From Macrostomum hystrix (Eukaryota; Animalia; Platyhelminthes): DNA of 64,000 nt. Position 1 is the stretch's first letter. Every line of letters begins with the position of its first letter. Below are positions 24,833-36,750 of the stretch, in pieces. Position numbers and translations under genes: made by a program. The DNA lies in assembly GCA_950097015.1 (NCBI GenBank), contig CATNEN010000039.1, forward strand, positions 1,116,001-1,180,000, given 5' to 3'. The notes below the pieces were generated by a model that did no database searches, was not told where the DNA came from, and saw only the letters and a program-made list of their open reading frames with translations.

Positions 24833-27721
24833 TCACTGCGGGCTGGGTGGATGCCCAGTCGGGGCGGGCACCGGAGGCGCGGTCCCCTTGTCGAGCATGT
24901 CGGCGATGACCCTGGCGGCCACGGTGCGGTCGACCGTGTACTCGCAGGCCTCGAGGAACAGCAGCAGGAAGCGCTCCTCTATGACGGCGGCCTTCTTGGC
25001 GTTGCCGCGGGCGCGCAGTTTAGCGTGCTTGGCCAGCTGCTCGGCGTTCTTGGCTGCCGAGGCCTCCCGGTGGAAGAAGCTGGCGAACCGGTCCGCCACC
25101 TCGGCCGGGTCGCGGGCCAGAAGCCAGCCGCGGCGGCGGCACTCGGCCAGCGGGTCCAGGCCGGGCTGCTCGAACATCAGCGTCAGCAGTCGCTCGCCGA
25201 TTTCCTCGCTCACCATGGCGCCGTCAATGGCCAGGCTCAGGAAGGCACCGAACGACTCGGCGCTGATGCCGGTGGCTTCAATTGGGTCGGCCTCGACGCG
25301 GTTCAGCAGGCGGCGACAGTTGCCAAGGAAACAGTGGACGAACCAGCGGCCCAGCTGCCAGGAGGTCACGGGCCGCGGAAGGCCAGCGGCTGTGACGGCG
25401 GCGTCAAGAAAGCGCCAGTCGGAGTCCGGGCGGCCGGCGACCAGGTCAGATACCAGGTGCGGGTAGGAGAAGCCCAGCTCCTGGCGCAGCCATCGCCGGA
25501 TGTTGCAGGGCAGTTTGTCTGGGGGTGGCAGGCCGGCCGAGGCGGGCTGGAGCAGGTCGGTAGCTAGCAGCGGTGGCAAGTTAGGCTCGGGCATGAATCG
25601 GTAATCCTGGACTCGCTCCTTGTCTCGCATGCTCACCGTGTGGCCCGTGGCGACGTCCGCCAGGGCGCGGGTTTCGTTAATCACCTGGAAAGCGGGGAGG
25701 CAGCGGAAGAGAGCTACTCTCTGGCGAATGCGGTCGGGGGATGTCAGCTGAGGATCGGAGGATGTCATCTGAGGATCGGGGGATGTCATCTGAGGATCGG
25801 GGGATGTCATCTGAGGATCAGGGGAATTTCATCTGAGGATCAGGGGATATTATATGATGATCAGGGGGATATCATCTGAGGATCAGGGGGATATCACCTG
25901 AGGATCAGGGGGATATCATCTGAGGATCAGGGGGATGTCATCTGAGGATCAGGGGGATGTCATCTGAGGATCAGGGGGATGTCATCTGAGGATCAGGGGG
26001 ATGTCATCTGGGGATCAGGGGGATGTCATCTGAGGATCAGGGGGATATCACCTGAGGATCAGGGGGATATCATCTGAGGATCAGGGGGATGTCATCTGAG
26101 GATCAGGGGGATGTCATCTGAGGATCAGGGGGATGTCATCTGAGGATCAGGGGGATGTCATCTGGGGATCAGGGGGATGTCATCTGAGGATCAGGGGGAT
26201 GTCATCTGGGGATCAGGGGGATGTCATCTGAGGATCAGGGGGATGTCATCTGAGAGGGGTATCACCTGAGGATCGGGGTCGGGATTCCCTGTTGGAATGG
26301 GGATGTAAATTTACCTGAACAATGGAAGTTCAGCAAAATACAGGTGGGTTTCCAGTTAGGATTTCAGGATTTGGCAAAATCGTTCACTTCTCACCTCGCC
26401 GCCTTCGTCCAGGATTTTGGACTGCCGAGCCACCTCGCAGTCCACGGCCTTGGCCAGCGCGGCCAGGCTGTTGATGTTCTTAATCTCGGTGCGAACGCCC
26501 AGGGGTGCGGAGGAAGTGGCTCCGCCAGAGCCAGCGGGAATCACCGGTCTGCACGAGACGTTCGCGTCGACGCGAAGGGCGCCCTCCGCCAGATTGCCGG
26601 AGCAAGCGCCGAGGCAGCGAAGCAGGTCGACGAGTTCGCGAACGAAACCGGCCGCCTCGGCGCCGCAGGTGAGAGTCGGCCCGGTGACCAGCTCCATGAG
26701 GGCAATGCCTGAGGGGATAGTTTCCAGTGGGGAATTCCCTGTAAGGTTCCAGTGGGAAATCCCAGTCATGTTCCTTCTGGGAAATCCCAGTCATGTTCCT
26801 TCTGGGAAATCCCCAGTCAAGTTTTTGGTGGAGAATCCGAGTGGAGAACTTCAGTTAGGAATCCCATTGATTATCCAGTTGGAAGGACGCACCTGCTCTG
26901 TTGAGGTCGATGAGGCTGAGCTGCCTCTCCGAGTCGTGCAGGCTGCGGCCGCTGTCCTGCTCCAGCTGCAGCTGGACAATGTCCACTACGGACTCCGCTA
27001 TGGATTTCGGGTCGCGCTCATTTGGCTGCCAGTAGAATGCGAGGCGACCATCGTTAGCCAGCGGGCGGAAGTGCTGCGTGATCTGGTAGCCTGCCTGGTG
27101 ATGGGTGCGAGGTAACCATCGAGCTGATTGGTTCGATTTATGAATTCGGAAGGCTGCGTGAGGTGTGCAAGGCCTGGCGAGAGGTGCGTGATCGGCGGGT
27201 GAGGCGGGTGAGGCGTGGCGAGAAGTGGGTGAGGCGTGGCGTGAGGTGGGTGGTGCGTGGCGTGAGGTGGATAAGGTGTGGCGTCAGGTGGGTGAGGCCT
27301 GGCGAGAGGTGGTTGTGCTAAATAGCTCGTATGGGGAAAATACTAATATAATAATAAGGAACTCACAGGCATGTCCGCATAGAAGTAATGCTTCCGATCA
27401 AACGCAGAGATCTCATTGATGCGGCAGTTAAGCGCCAGTGCAGTTCTCAGAGCCAGCTCAACGCAGCGCTGATTTAAAACCTGGATAGTACGAGAGATTC
27501 GAGCATAAGTAATTTAGGCTTCATTTTATCATTTTCGTTCACAAAGCACATTCACTTACCGGTAGGGTGCCAGGTACCGCGGCATCAAACAGGCTGACCT
27601 GGGTGTTAACCGGCATGGAGAATTCCGTCGGGGACTGGGAGAACAACTTGGAAGCGCTGCTAATTTGGGCATGAACTTCCAGGCCAATCACGCCCTGCCA
27701 GAGACGCTTCAGGCCAGACAT
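24833..27721 (-). CDS. GATB: Glutamyl-tRNA(Gln) amidotransferase subunit B, mitochondrial (PET112; 547 aa)
   Basis: Exons 27721-27560, 27480-27367, 27094-26893, 26708-26395, 25684-24833. Motifs [97 protein letters not shown]. Confidence 0.96.
25735..26277. repeat. Intronic 21/22-bp repeat TGAGGATCAGGGGGATGTCATC
   Basis: In GATB intron 25685-26394. Confidence 0.93.
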
Positions 27722-27859
27722 GGCGGCACCGGCCAAACTGTTAGTCAATTAAGTCCTGAAGCTGGAAAATGTACAGCTAATCCCTGAAAAATAATTTTGT
27801 AATTAGCTCGTAGCAATACAATAACGCTAAACTTGAGTCTTTTTTAGACACGGAAAAAC

Positions 27860-28140
27860 GGCGTGAAGTGGGCGCGCGGAGGGGTAGGAATGGATTTTAA
27901 ATTGCGTGATGTGGGTGCGCGGAGGGGTAGGAATGGATTTTAAATGGTGTGATGTGGGTGCGCGGAGGGGTAGGAATGGATTTTAAATGGCGTTAGGTGG
28001 GCGTGCGGAGGGGTAGGAATGGATTTCAAATGGCGTGAGGTGGGCGCGCGGAGGGGTAGGAATGGATTTTAAATGGCGTGAGGTGGGTGCGCGGAGGGAT
28101 AGGAATGGATTTTAAATGGCGTGAGGTGGATGCGCGGATG
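27860..28140. repeat. 43-bp repeat GGCGTGAGGTGGGYGCGCGGAGGGGTAGGAATGGATTTTAAAT
   Basis: About 6.5 copies upstream of the GATB start. Confidence 0.9.
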
Positions 28141-28829
28141 GTTATGCCATAGACAGAGAAAGTTGTCTACAGATAAAACCTACTTATCTAGGCAGATTTA
28201 AATATTAAGAAATAATGTTAAAAACACAGACAAATTAAAAATACACTCACAAAACAGTATTTTCACGAGCACAAAATATGTGTAATTGCATAAGCACATT
28301 AGATTATTAGAACCGAATCAGACAACGAAAGAAAAATAATCAAAACTGTATGCTAAAAATATGTTTAAAATAGTGATTAAATCGGAATTAATAGTACGAA
28401 CTGATACGTAGTGTAAATTCGAAGTTAAATTTTTAAACGAAGTTAATACTGACACCTTACAAAACATATACTTTCTACTAGGTAATTAAACGATTCGATA
28501 TTGGAAAAAATAATTAACGTTTTTAAAACAAGACCTGATTGACCTGATAAAAAAATATTTATCAGCACTTAGATCAGCAAACAGTATACACAAAATCAAA
28601 TAAACAAAAAGATAACGTTAAATATTAAAAATAAATCAGCCCCTCATAAAATCGATTGTAAAATGGACTTCACAAAAAATGATGATAGCATTGTGAACAT
28701 AAACAATAACATAACTGAAATAACATTGCTTTAAAAAACTGTAAAAACACAGCAAATGGAATAGCACAGAGCGATAATCACAGTTTGACATCTGATTGAA
28801 GGCCACGCCACTCGACAGTAACTAGCACA

Positions 28830-30683
28830 CTAGCCAAATCCCATTAGCACACTTCCTAGCCAAATCCCATCAGCACACTTCCTAGCCAAATCCCATTAGC
28901 ACACTTCCTAGCCAAATCCCATCAGCACACTTCCTAGCCAAATCCCATCGGCACACTTCCTAGCCAAATCCCATTAGCACACTTCCTAGCCAAATCCCAT
29001 CAGCACACTTCCTAGCCAAATCCCATCAGCACACTTCCTAGCCAAATCCCATCAGCACACTTCCTAGCCAAATCCCATTAGCACACTTCCTAGCCAAATC
29101 CCATCAGCACACTTCCTAGCCAAATCCCATCAGCACACTTCCTAGCCAAATCCCATCAGCACACTTCCTAGCCAAATCCCATCAGCACACTTCCTAGCCA
29201 AATCCCATTAGCACACTTCCTAGCCAAATCCCATCAGCACACTTCCTAGCCAAATCCCATCAGCACACTTCTTAGCCAAATCCCATCAGCACACTTCCTA
29301 GCCAAATCCCATCAGCACACTTCCTAGCCAAATCCCATCAGCACACTTCCTAGCCAAATCCCATCAGCACACTTCCTAGCCAAATCCCATCAGCACACTT
29401 CCTAGCCAAATCCCATCAGCACACTTCCTAGCCAAATCCCATCAGCACACTTCCTAGCCAAATCCCATTAGCACACTTCCTAGCCAAATCCCATCAGCAC
29501 ACTTCCTAGCCAAATCCCATTAGCACACTTCCTAGCCAAATCCCATCAGCACACTTCCTAGCCAAATCCCATTAGCACACTTCCTAGCCAAATCCCATCA
29601 GCACACTTCCTAGCCAAATCCCATCAGCACACTTCCTAGCCAAATCCCATCAGCACACTTCCTAGCCAAATCCCATCAGCACACTTCCTAGCCAAATCCC
29701 ATTAGCACACTTCCTAGCCAAATCCCATCAGCACACTTCCTAGCCAAATCCCATCAGCACACTTCCTAGCCAAATCCCATTAGCACACTTCCTAGCCAAA
29801 TCCCATCAGCACACTTCCTAGCCAAATCCCATTAGCACACTTCCTAGCCAAATCCCATCAGCACACTTCCTAGCCAAATCCCATCAGCACACTTCCTAGC
29901 CAAATCCCATTAGCACACTTCCTAGCCAAATCCCATCAGCACACTTCCTAGCCAAATCCCATCAGCACACTTCCTAGCCAAATCCCATCAGCACACTTCC
30001 TAGCCAAATCCCATCAGCACACTTCCTAGCCAAATCCCATTAGCACACTTCCTAGCCAAATCCCATTAGCACACTTCCTAGCCAAATCCCATTAGCACAC
30101 TTCCTAGCCAAATCCCATCAGCACACTTCCTAGCCAAATCCCATCAGCACACTTCCTAGCCAAATCCCATTAGCACACTTCCTAGCCAAATCCCATTAGC
30201 ACACTTCCTAGCCAAATCCCATCAGCACACTTCCTAGCCAAATCCCATCAGCACACTTCCTAGCCAAATCCCATTAGCACACTTCCTAGCCAAATCCCAT
30301 CAGCACACTTCCTAGCCAAATCCCATCAGCACACTTCCTAGCCAAATCCCATCAGCACACTTCCTAGCCAAATCCCATCAGCCCACTTCCTAGCCAAATC
30401 CCATCAGCCCACTTCCTAGCCAAATCCCATTAGCACACTTCCTAGCCAAATCCCATCAGCACACTTCCTAGCCAAATCCCATCAGCCCACTTCCTAGCCA
30501 AATCCAATCAACAGCCCTTCCTAGCCAAATCCCATCAGCACACTTCCTAGCCGAATCCCATCGGCACACTTCCTAGCCAAATCCCATCAGCACACTTCCT
30601 AGCCAAATCCCATCGGCACACTTCCTAGCCAAATCCCATCAGCACACTTCCTAGCCATAATCCCATCAGTAGCCCTTCCTAGC
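28830..30683. repeat. Minisatellite, 26-bp unit CACACTTCCTAGCCAAATCCCATYAG, overlapping the HAAO stop codon
   Basis: About 70 copies; the terminal copy is the HAAO C-terminal codons plus TGA. Confidence 0.96.
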
Positions 30684-31934
30684 GGGATCTTGGCTCGCCT
30701 TCAGCAGCCGGCTGCCAGCAGCTTGCACAGCGCTGAAGGCAACGCCAGCGGGCACCAGAAGCGAATCGTTGACGTCCAAGCGTCGCCTCGCACTCGCCTT
30801 GTCGCCGTCCACAGCCGAAGTGAGGAAAAGCTCGCTCTGGCCAGCCAGCTGCAGTAGCCAGGTCTGGCAGCCGGCTTCAACAAACTGCCGCCTGCCGTCG
30901 CCGAGACCGACAACCTCCACGAGGAACTGATAGCCCTGGCTGCGGGGAAACACCGCCATGGCTGATGTTCCCTGATTTTCGACTTCGCCGTCAGCTTCGG
31001 CCTCGCCGTCAAGCTGCCGGCGATGCTCATCCAGCCAGTCGGCCAGCGTCACGGGCGGCGGCGGCCGAATCTCCGGTTTGTAGGCCACGGGCGCGGGCGC
31101 CGCTGCAATGGAGCCGCCAGCCGACGGCTTGCCAGTGCGGAACTCCTCGGAGCGGCGGTACTCGGCGATGATCTCGGCCACCTGGGAGCCCAGGTCGCGC
31201 ATGTGCACGTACCGCTCAAACAGTGGCGCCAGAGTGGGCGATCCGTCTGCCGATTCAACAAAGTAGCGCAGGCCGTCCATCTCAGTGGCCGGCCGCTCCC
31301 TGGCGTTCACAGAATCAAAGGCCGGAGTACAATGCACTGGGGAATGCCGAATGGGAAAGGGGAGATGGAGAAGAACAGATGGAGAATGGGATTATAGGCA
31401 AGGAGAAACTTGGAAGATAGGCAAGGAGAGATGGGGAAAGGAGATAGGGAAGGGGAGATGGAGCAGGGGGATTAGGAATGGGAGATGGAGGACAGGAAAT
31501 AGGGAAGGAGAGATGGAGGATAGGTTATAGGGAAGGAGATGGAGTAGGGAGATTAGGAAAGGGAGGTGGAGGACAGGAAGGGAATCAGCGGACCTCTCGA
31601 TCACCCAGCCGATGGTGTCAGCCTGTCGCTGTGGACTGTGGAACACGTTGCCGGGCAGCAGGAACAGCTGGCCCTGCCGGATTGGCTGGCTAACGAACTC
31701 GCAGCCCACCAGCATGCGCAGCTCCATGTCGCCGGTGGTCATGTAGAACAGCTCCTCGCCCTCCTCGATGTGGAAGTCCTTGCGCTGGTTGGGCCCGCCA
31801 ACGTAGAAGAGTTTAAGCTGGCCCTCATTGTGAAGCATCTTGTTGCAGACGGGTGGCAGGAAGTACTCTCTATCGAACGCCACCCAGTTCTCAACGTTTA
31901 CGACATCGGGTACGGAGAGGCTGCTTGAGCTCAT
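30666..31934 (-). CDS. HAAO: 3-hydroxyanthranilate 3,4-dioxygenase (kynurenine pathway; 324 aa)
   Basis: Exons 31934-31594 and 31299-30666. Motifs FLPPVCNKMLH, VGGPNQRKDFHIEEGEELFY, FLLPGNVFHSPQR, VIER|ERPATEMDGLRYFV, DLGSQV, SEEFRTGKP. Confidence 0.96.
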
Positions 31935-32014
31935 GGCGCTGCGAGGAGTTGTGGGAACTTTCTTCGATACAGAAATCTTGAAATCTAGGGACATTGCTGG
32001 TTTGGGATTTCCGT

Positions 32015-33585
32015 CTGCTGATTAGGGATTGCTCACTGCTGATTAGGGATTTCTGACTGCTGATTAGGGATTTCTGACTGCTGATTAGGGATTGCTGGCT
32101 GCTGATTAGGGATTGCTGACTGCTGATTAGGGATTGCTCACTGCTGATTAGGGATTGCTGGCTGCTGATTAGGGATTGCTGACTGCTGATTAGGGATTGC
32201 TCACTGCTGATTAGGGATTGCTGACTGCTGATTAGGGATTGCTCACTGCTGATTAGGGATCGCTGGCTGCTGATTAGGGATTGCTGGCTGCTGATTAGGG
32301 ATTGCTGACTGCTGATTAGGGATTGCTCACTGCTGATTAGGGATCGCTGACTGCTGATTAGGGATTGCTCACTGCTGATTAGGGATCGCTGGCTGCTGAT
32401 TAGGGATTGCTGACTGCTGATTAGGGATTGCTCACTGCTGATTAGGGATCGCTGAATGCTGATTAGGGATTGCTGACTGCTGATTAGGGATTGCTGACTG
32501 CTGATTAGGGATTGCTCACTGCTGATTAGGGATTGCTCACTGCTGATTAGGGATTGCTCACTGCTGATTAGGGATTGCTGACTGCTGATTAGGGATCGCT
32601 GGCTGCTGATTAGGGATTGCTGGCTGCTGATTAGGGATTGCTGACTGCTGATTAGGGATTGCTCACTGCTGATTAGGGATCGCTGACTGCTGATTAGGGA
32701 TTGCTCACTGCTGATTAGGGATCGCTGGCTGCTGATTAGGGATTGCTGACTGCTGATTAGGGATTGCTCACTGCTGATTAGGGATCGCTGAATGCTGATT
32801 AGGGATTGCTGACTGCTGATTAGGGATTGCTGACTGCTGATTAGGGATTGCTCACTGCTGATTAGGGATTGCTCACTGCTGATTAGGGATTGCTCACTGC
32901 TGATTAGGGATTGCTCACTGCTGATTAGGGATTGCTCACTGCTCATTACGGATTTCTCACTGCTGATTAGGGATTGCTGACTGCTGATTAGGGATCGCTG
33001 ACTGCTGATTATGGATTTCTGACTGCTGATTAGGGATTGCTCACTGCTGATTAGGGATTTCTGACTGCTGATTAGGAATTTCTGACTGCTGATTAGGGAT
33101 TTTTGACTGCTGATTAGGAATTTCTGACTGCTGATTAGGGATTTCTGACTGCTGATTAGGGATTGCTCACTGCTGATTATGGATTTTTCACTGCTGATTA
33201 GGGATTGCTCACTGCTGATTAGGGATTGCTCACTGCTGATTAGGGATTGCTGACTGCTGATTAGGGATTTCTGACTGCTGATTAGGGATTGCTCACTGCT
33301 GATTAGGGATTGCTCACTGCTGATTAGGGATTGCTGACTGCTGATTAGGGATTTCTGACTGCTGATTAGGGATTTTTCACTGCTGATTAGGGATTTTTCA
33401 CTGCTGATTAGGGATTGCTCACTGCTGATTAGGGATTTCTGACTGCTGATTAGGAATTTCTGATTGTTGATTAGGGATTTCTGACTGCTGATTAGGAATT
33501 TCTGACTGCTGATTAGGGATTTCTGACTGGTGATTAGGGATTTCTCACTGCTGATTAGGGATTTCTGACTGCTGATTAGGGATTG
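32015..33585. repeat. Minisatellite, 21-bp unit CTGCTGATTAGGGATTGCTSA
   Basis: About 75 copies ending roughly 75 bp before the HAAO acceptor. Confidence 0.97.
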
Positions 33586-34406
33586 GGCAATAAAATGCGA
33601 AGGTACTTAAACTCACTGAGGTCTTTAGAGATCGCGACTTACAATTGTGCAAAATAACGAATCTCAATGAGACTATTCAGTTGATCGTTAGTTATAACAA
33701 AAATTGATAGACTATCAGGTGACCAGTGAAACTAGCTGCAAGCTGGCTGGCACACCTGTAAATAATACTTTATTTATTATAGGGAAAAGGCATGGCAACT
33801 GATCAAACTGATTCCAGACAGGAAAATGCAAAAACCAGGTAGCAGAAAATTGCTTTAAAATGTAGTTAAACAAACAAGATGATGCTTAGGTTCGATTGAA
33901 TGCAAACACAATAGGGAAATGCAAGCAAACTTACTGTACTACAATAATTATATGACAAAAAATTATACCACTAAAATGTTTTTATTCTAGATACTGGAAC
34001 AAGACGTAAAAACTTGTTTAAAAAAACCCAATTAAGTATGCTGATATTAATGGATCAGGTGAGAAGTTTGGAGTCGAGATTATTAAAATCGCAGACTCTA
34101 TGAACAACGTTTTGTGAGCAGTGTGAGAATGTGCATGAAAACTTGTTCTATTGATTACTTTTGCTTTGCATTTCCAGTGAGCCCTTTCAACCAGGATTAC
34201 TTGTCTATGGCCCAATAAAATAAGACAAGAAAATGGACGAATGAGATAGGAGGGCAATGTATTGTCCTGTTTAATCCATAATAAATGGGTTCAATTGAGC
34301 CTGTAACCACTTTTCCACGAAGAGTCTTGCGTCAGAGTTCAGTAGTTATTGGAAAATATTGGTCCATGATAATTGGTTTGTTATACTCATAGCAAGAGTT
34401 GACAGG

Positions 34407-35607
34407 TCACTGGCCTGTGGCTTTGGACAGGATGACATAGTCCAGGTCCAGGTTCTCACCCTGCTCACCCAGGTCGGTCTCGTCTCGCTTGAACTTCATG
34501 CCATAGAAGAACTTGAGGGTGCGCTCGTTGGCCTTGAACACGGTGACCATCAGCTTGGACATGCGGGCGCGGGCGGCCATGACCTGCAGTGACAGCAGCA
34601 GGAACTTGCCCAGGCCCTGGCCCTGACAGTTTGAGCGCACCTGGGAGGAGAGGCCGGGGCAGAGTGAGTCAGCCAGCTCAGATTGGTACATGTGCGAACT
34701 TTATTATACTTCTATACCTAGAAAATCACTCAGATCCACCAAAAACCATTCACAAAATTTAGTTCCCCGGAAAGGCCTATTCAGTTCCCTGAAAAATCCT
34801 ATTCAGTTCCCTGAAAAATCCCATTCAGTTCCCTAAAAATCTTATTCAGTTCCCTGGAAGATACCATTCAGTTCCTTGGAAAATCCCATTCAGTTCCATG
34901 GAAAATCCCATTCAGTTCCATGGAAAATCCCATTCAGTTCCCTGGAAGATCCCATTCAGTTCCATGGAAAATCCCATTCAGTTTCCTGGAAAATCTAACT
35001 TAGTTCCCGGAAAAAGTCATTTAGTTCCTTAAAGAATCTTATTTTGCTTCCACGAAAATCCCCATTCAGACCCTGACAAAATCCCATCCATAAGGCTGTA
35101 AAATGCTATATAGACGCGAGAAAAATCCCAAATGCAGTCCTGTAAACGTGAGAGCCTCACCTGCAGCTCATAGCAGTACAGCACCGGCGCGTCGAAGTCC
35201 AGATCGAAACGGAAATTGGCCAAGGCCACCAGCTCGCCGACGGAGTCAGCCGAGCTGCCGCAATCCCGGCGGGCCAGCAGGAAAAAGTGGCGATCGTCGA
35301 AGATTTCGCGCCTCTTATCGCGCTCCTTCCAGCCCCAGGCGCTGTCAGCGTAAAGGGCGCGCATGTTGTCGGAGATCAGGCTCATACAGGCCTCCCGATC
35401 AGACGGCGAGACGTCCTCGGCCCGGCGACACTCCAAGACGCAGCGCAGCAGAGGCTGGGAGTCCTTCGACTTGGTCGGCTGGGCTCGAGCGGCGAAAGAA
35501 GCAGACTTGGGCAGGTAGACGGCCAGCGGGTTGTCCACGGCCTGCGCGGCGCGGACCAGCTGCCAGGCGGCGTCGCGCGCCTCGGCGGATGCAGAACGCG
35601 GCTTCGG
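34407..35607 (-). CDS. NAA40: N-alpha-acetyltransferase 40 (NatD, histone H4/H2A N-acetyltransferase); no local ATG
   Basis: Exons 35607-35161 and 34640-34407. Motifs NMRALYADSAWGWKERDKRRE, FRFDLDFDAPVLYCYELQ|V, QGQGLGKFL, KLMVTVFKAN, YVILSK. The first exon starts at acceptor CCGCAG|CCG in phase 0. Confidence 0.92.
34760..35075. repeat. Intronic diverged repeat, about 22-bp unit GAAAATCCCATTCAGTTCCCTG
   Basis: In NAA40 intron 34641-35160. Confidence 0.85.
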
Positions 35608-35917
35608 CTGCGGAGCAGTTTGAGAATGAGAATATAAATTTGTATGACATGAGCATCCTCAGCATCAAGTACTCTGCTGCTTGTGCATAGCCAACTATAG
35701 CATTATCTAATTGATTTCACTGTGGTTTTTGCGCAGAAACCCAAAGTCATAAGCATTCAAATATGTTATATTCTGAAAGTACAATTATTGAGAAGTTGCC
35801 ACCACACCGGAGCAGCAATTTTGATGTCTATGGCCAAAACTGTCGCAAGAAATCGTTAATCAGATTAAGCAAGCGCAAAGCGATGAAAACTTTTTTTTGC
35901 AAGGAACAAAACTCAAC

Positions 35918-36750
35918 ATGAATCATGACAAGACACACATCCAGTTCCACGCTTTCGTTCGCTTTATGCTTGGAAAACCTGCAGCAGAGGTAGAGGAGGA
36001 TCTCCGGACCACACTGCCAGACAACTGCCCAACTCGCAGGACAATTTACAGGTGGTTTCAGAACGTTACTGATCCTGGGTTCAAATTGGAAGATGCCGCC
36101 AGATATGGCCGACCATGTTTAACTAGGACAAAAGAGAACATCAAAGTCATCAGCGGCCTGGTCAAGGAAGACCCGCGGCAGTCTGTCAGGGAGCTAGCGG
36201 ACTGCTTGGAGACTGATTTAAAGACTGTCCATCGCATTTTGACAGAGAATCTCCATCTCCGAAACTTCTGCTCGGTTTGGGTGCCCCAATGACCTCACTG
36301 CGGACCAACGTCAGGCCCGTGTGAACTGCCCAAGCAGATCCGCAAGGTGTTCAGCAGCCGGGGCTTGGATGACATCCTAAACTGCCTGGGACCTGGCTCC
36401 ACCTGGATGGCAAAAGCAGCAAGGCAGACAATCGCTGCTGGCTGGGAGCTGGGGACTCCAGGCTGACAGTGAGCAGGTGGTCCATCTCAGACAAAAAGAC
36501 AATGCTGCTGGTGGCATTAACGCAAAACAAAAGAGTCTCCATCTGTACAACTCCGCCCAACAAGGTCGATGGCCAGAACTTCATCAACTTTGTCCGACAC
36601 ACTGGGGACCTCTGGCGTACACTCTGGTCAAACCTGATTCACCTGAACGAAGTGCTGTGGCAGATGGACTATGCAAGGCCACACACCTGTCAGTCTGTTT
36701 CAGATTTTCTGGCTGGACGGTGAGTTAATCTGGTCTGGCAGAGTCCCTAC
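35918..36750 (+). pseudogene. Decayed mariner-family transposase
   Basis: HTH region (TIYRWF, EDAARYGRP, SVRELA), WVPQ* (WVPH-like), later WQMDYARPH and QSPYS motifs, interrupted by stops and frameshifts; TIRs not identified. Confidence 0.85.

Noticed and set aside
24245-33585. Telomere-like TTAGGG / TAGGGTTAG within the 21-bp and 31-bp units
   Set aside because: Only one hexamer per unit and never tandem; not an interstitial telomere
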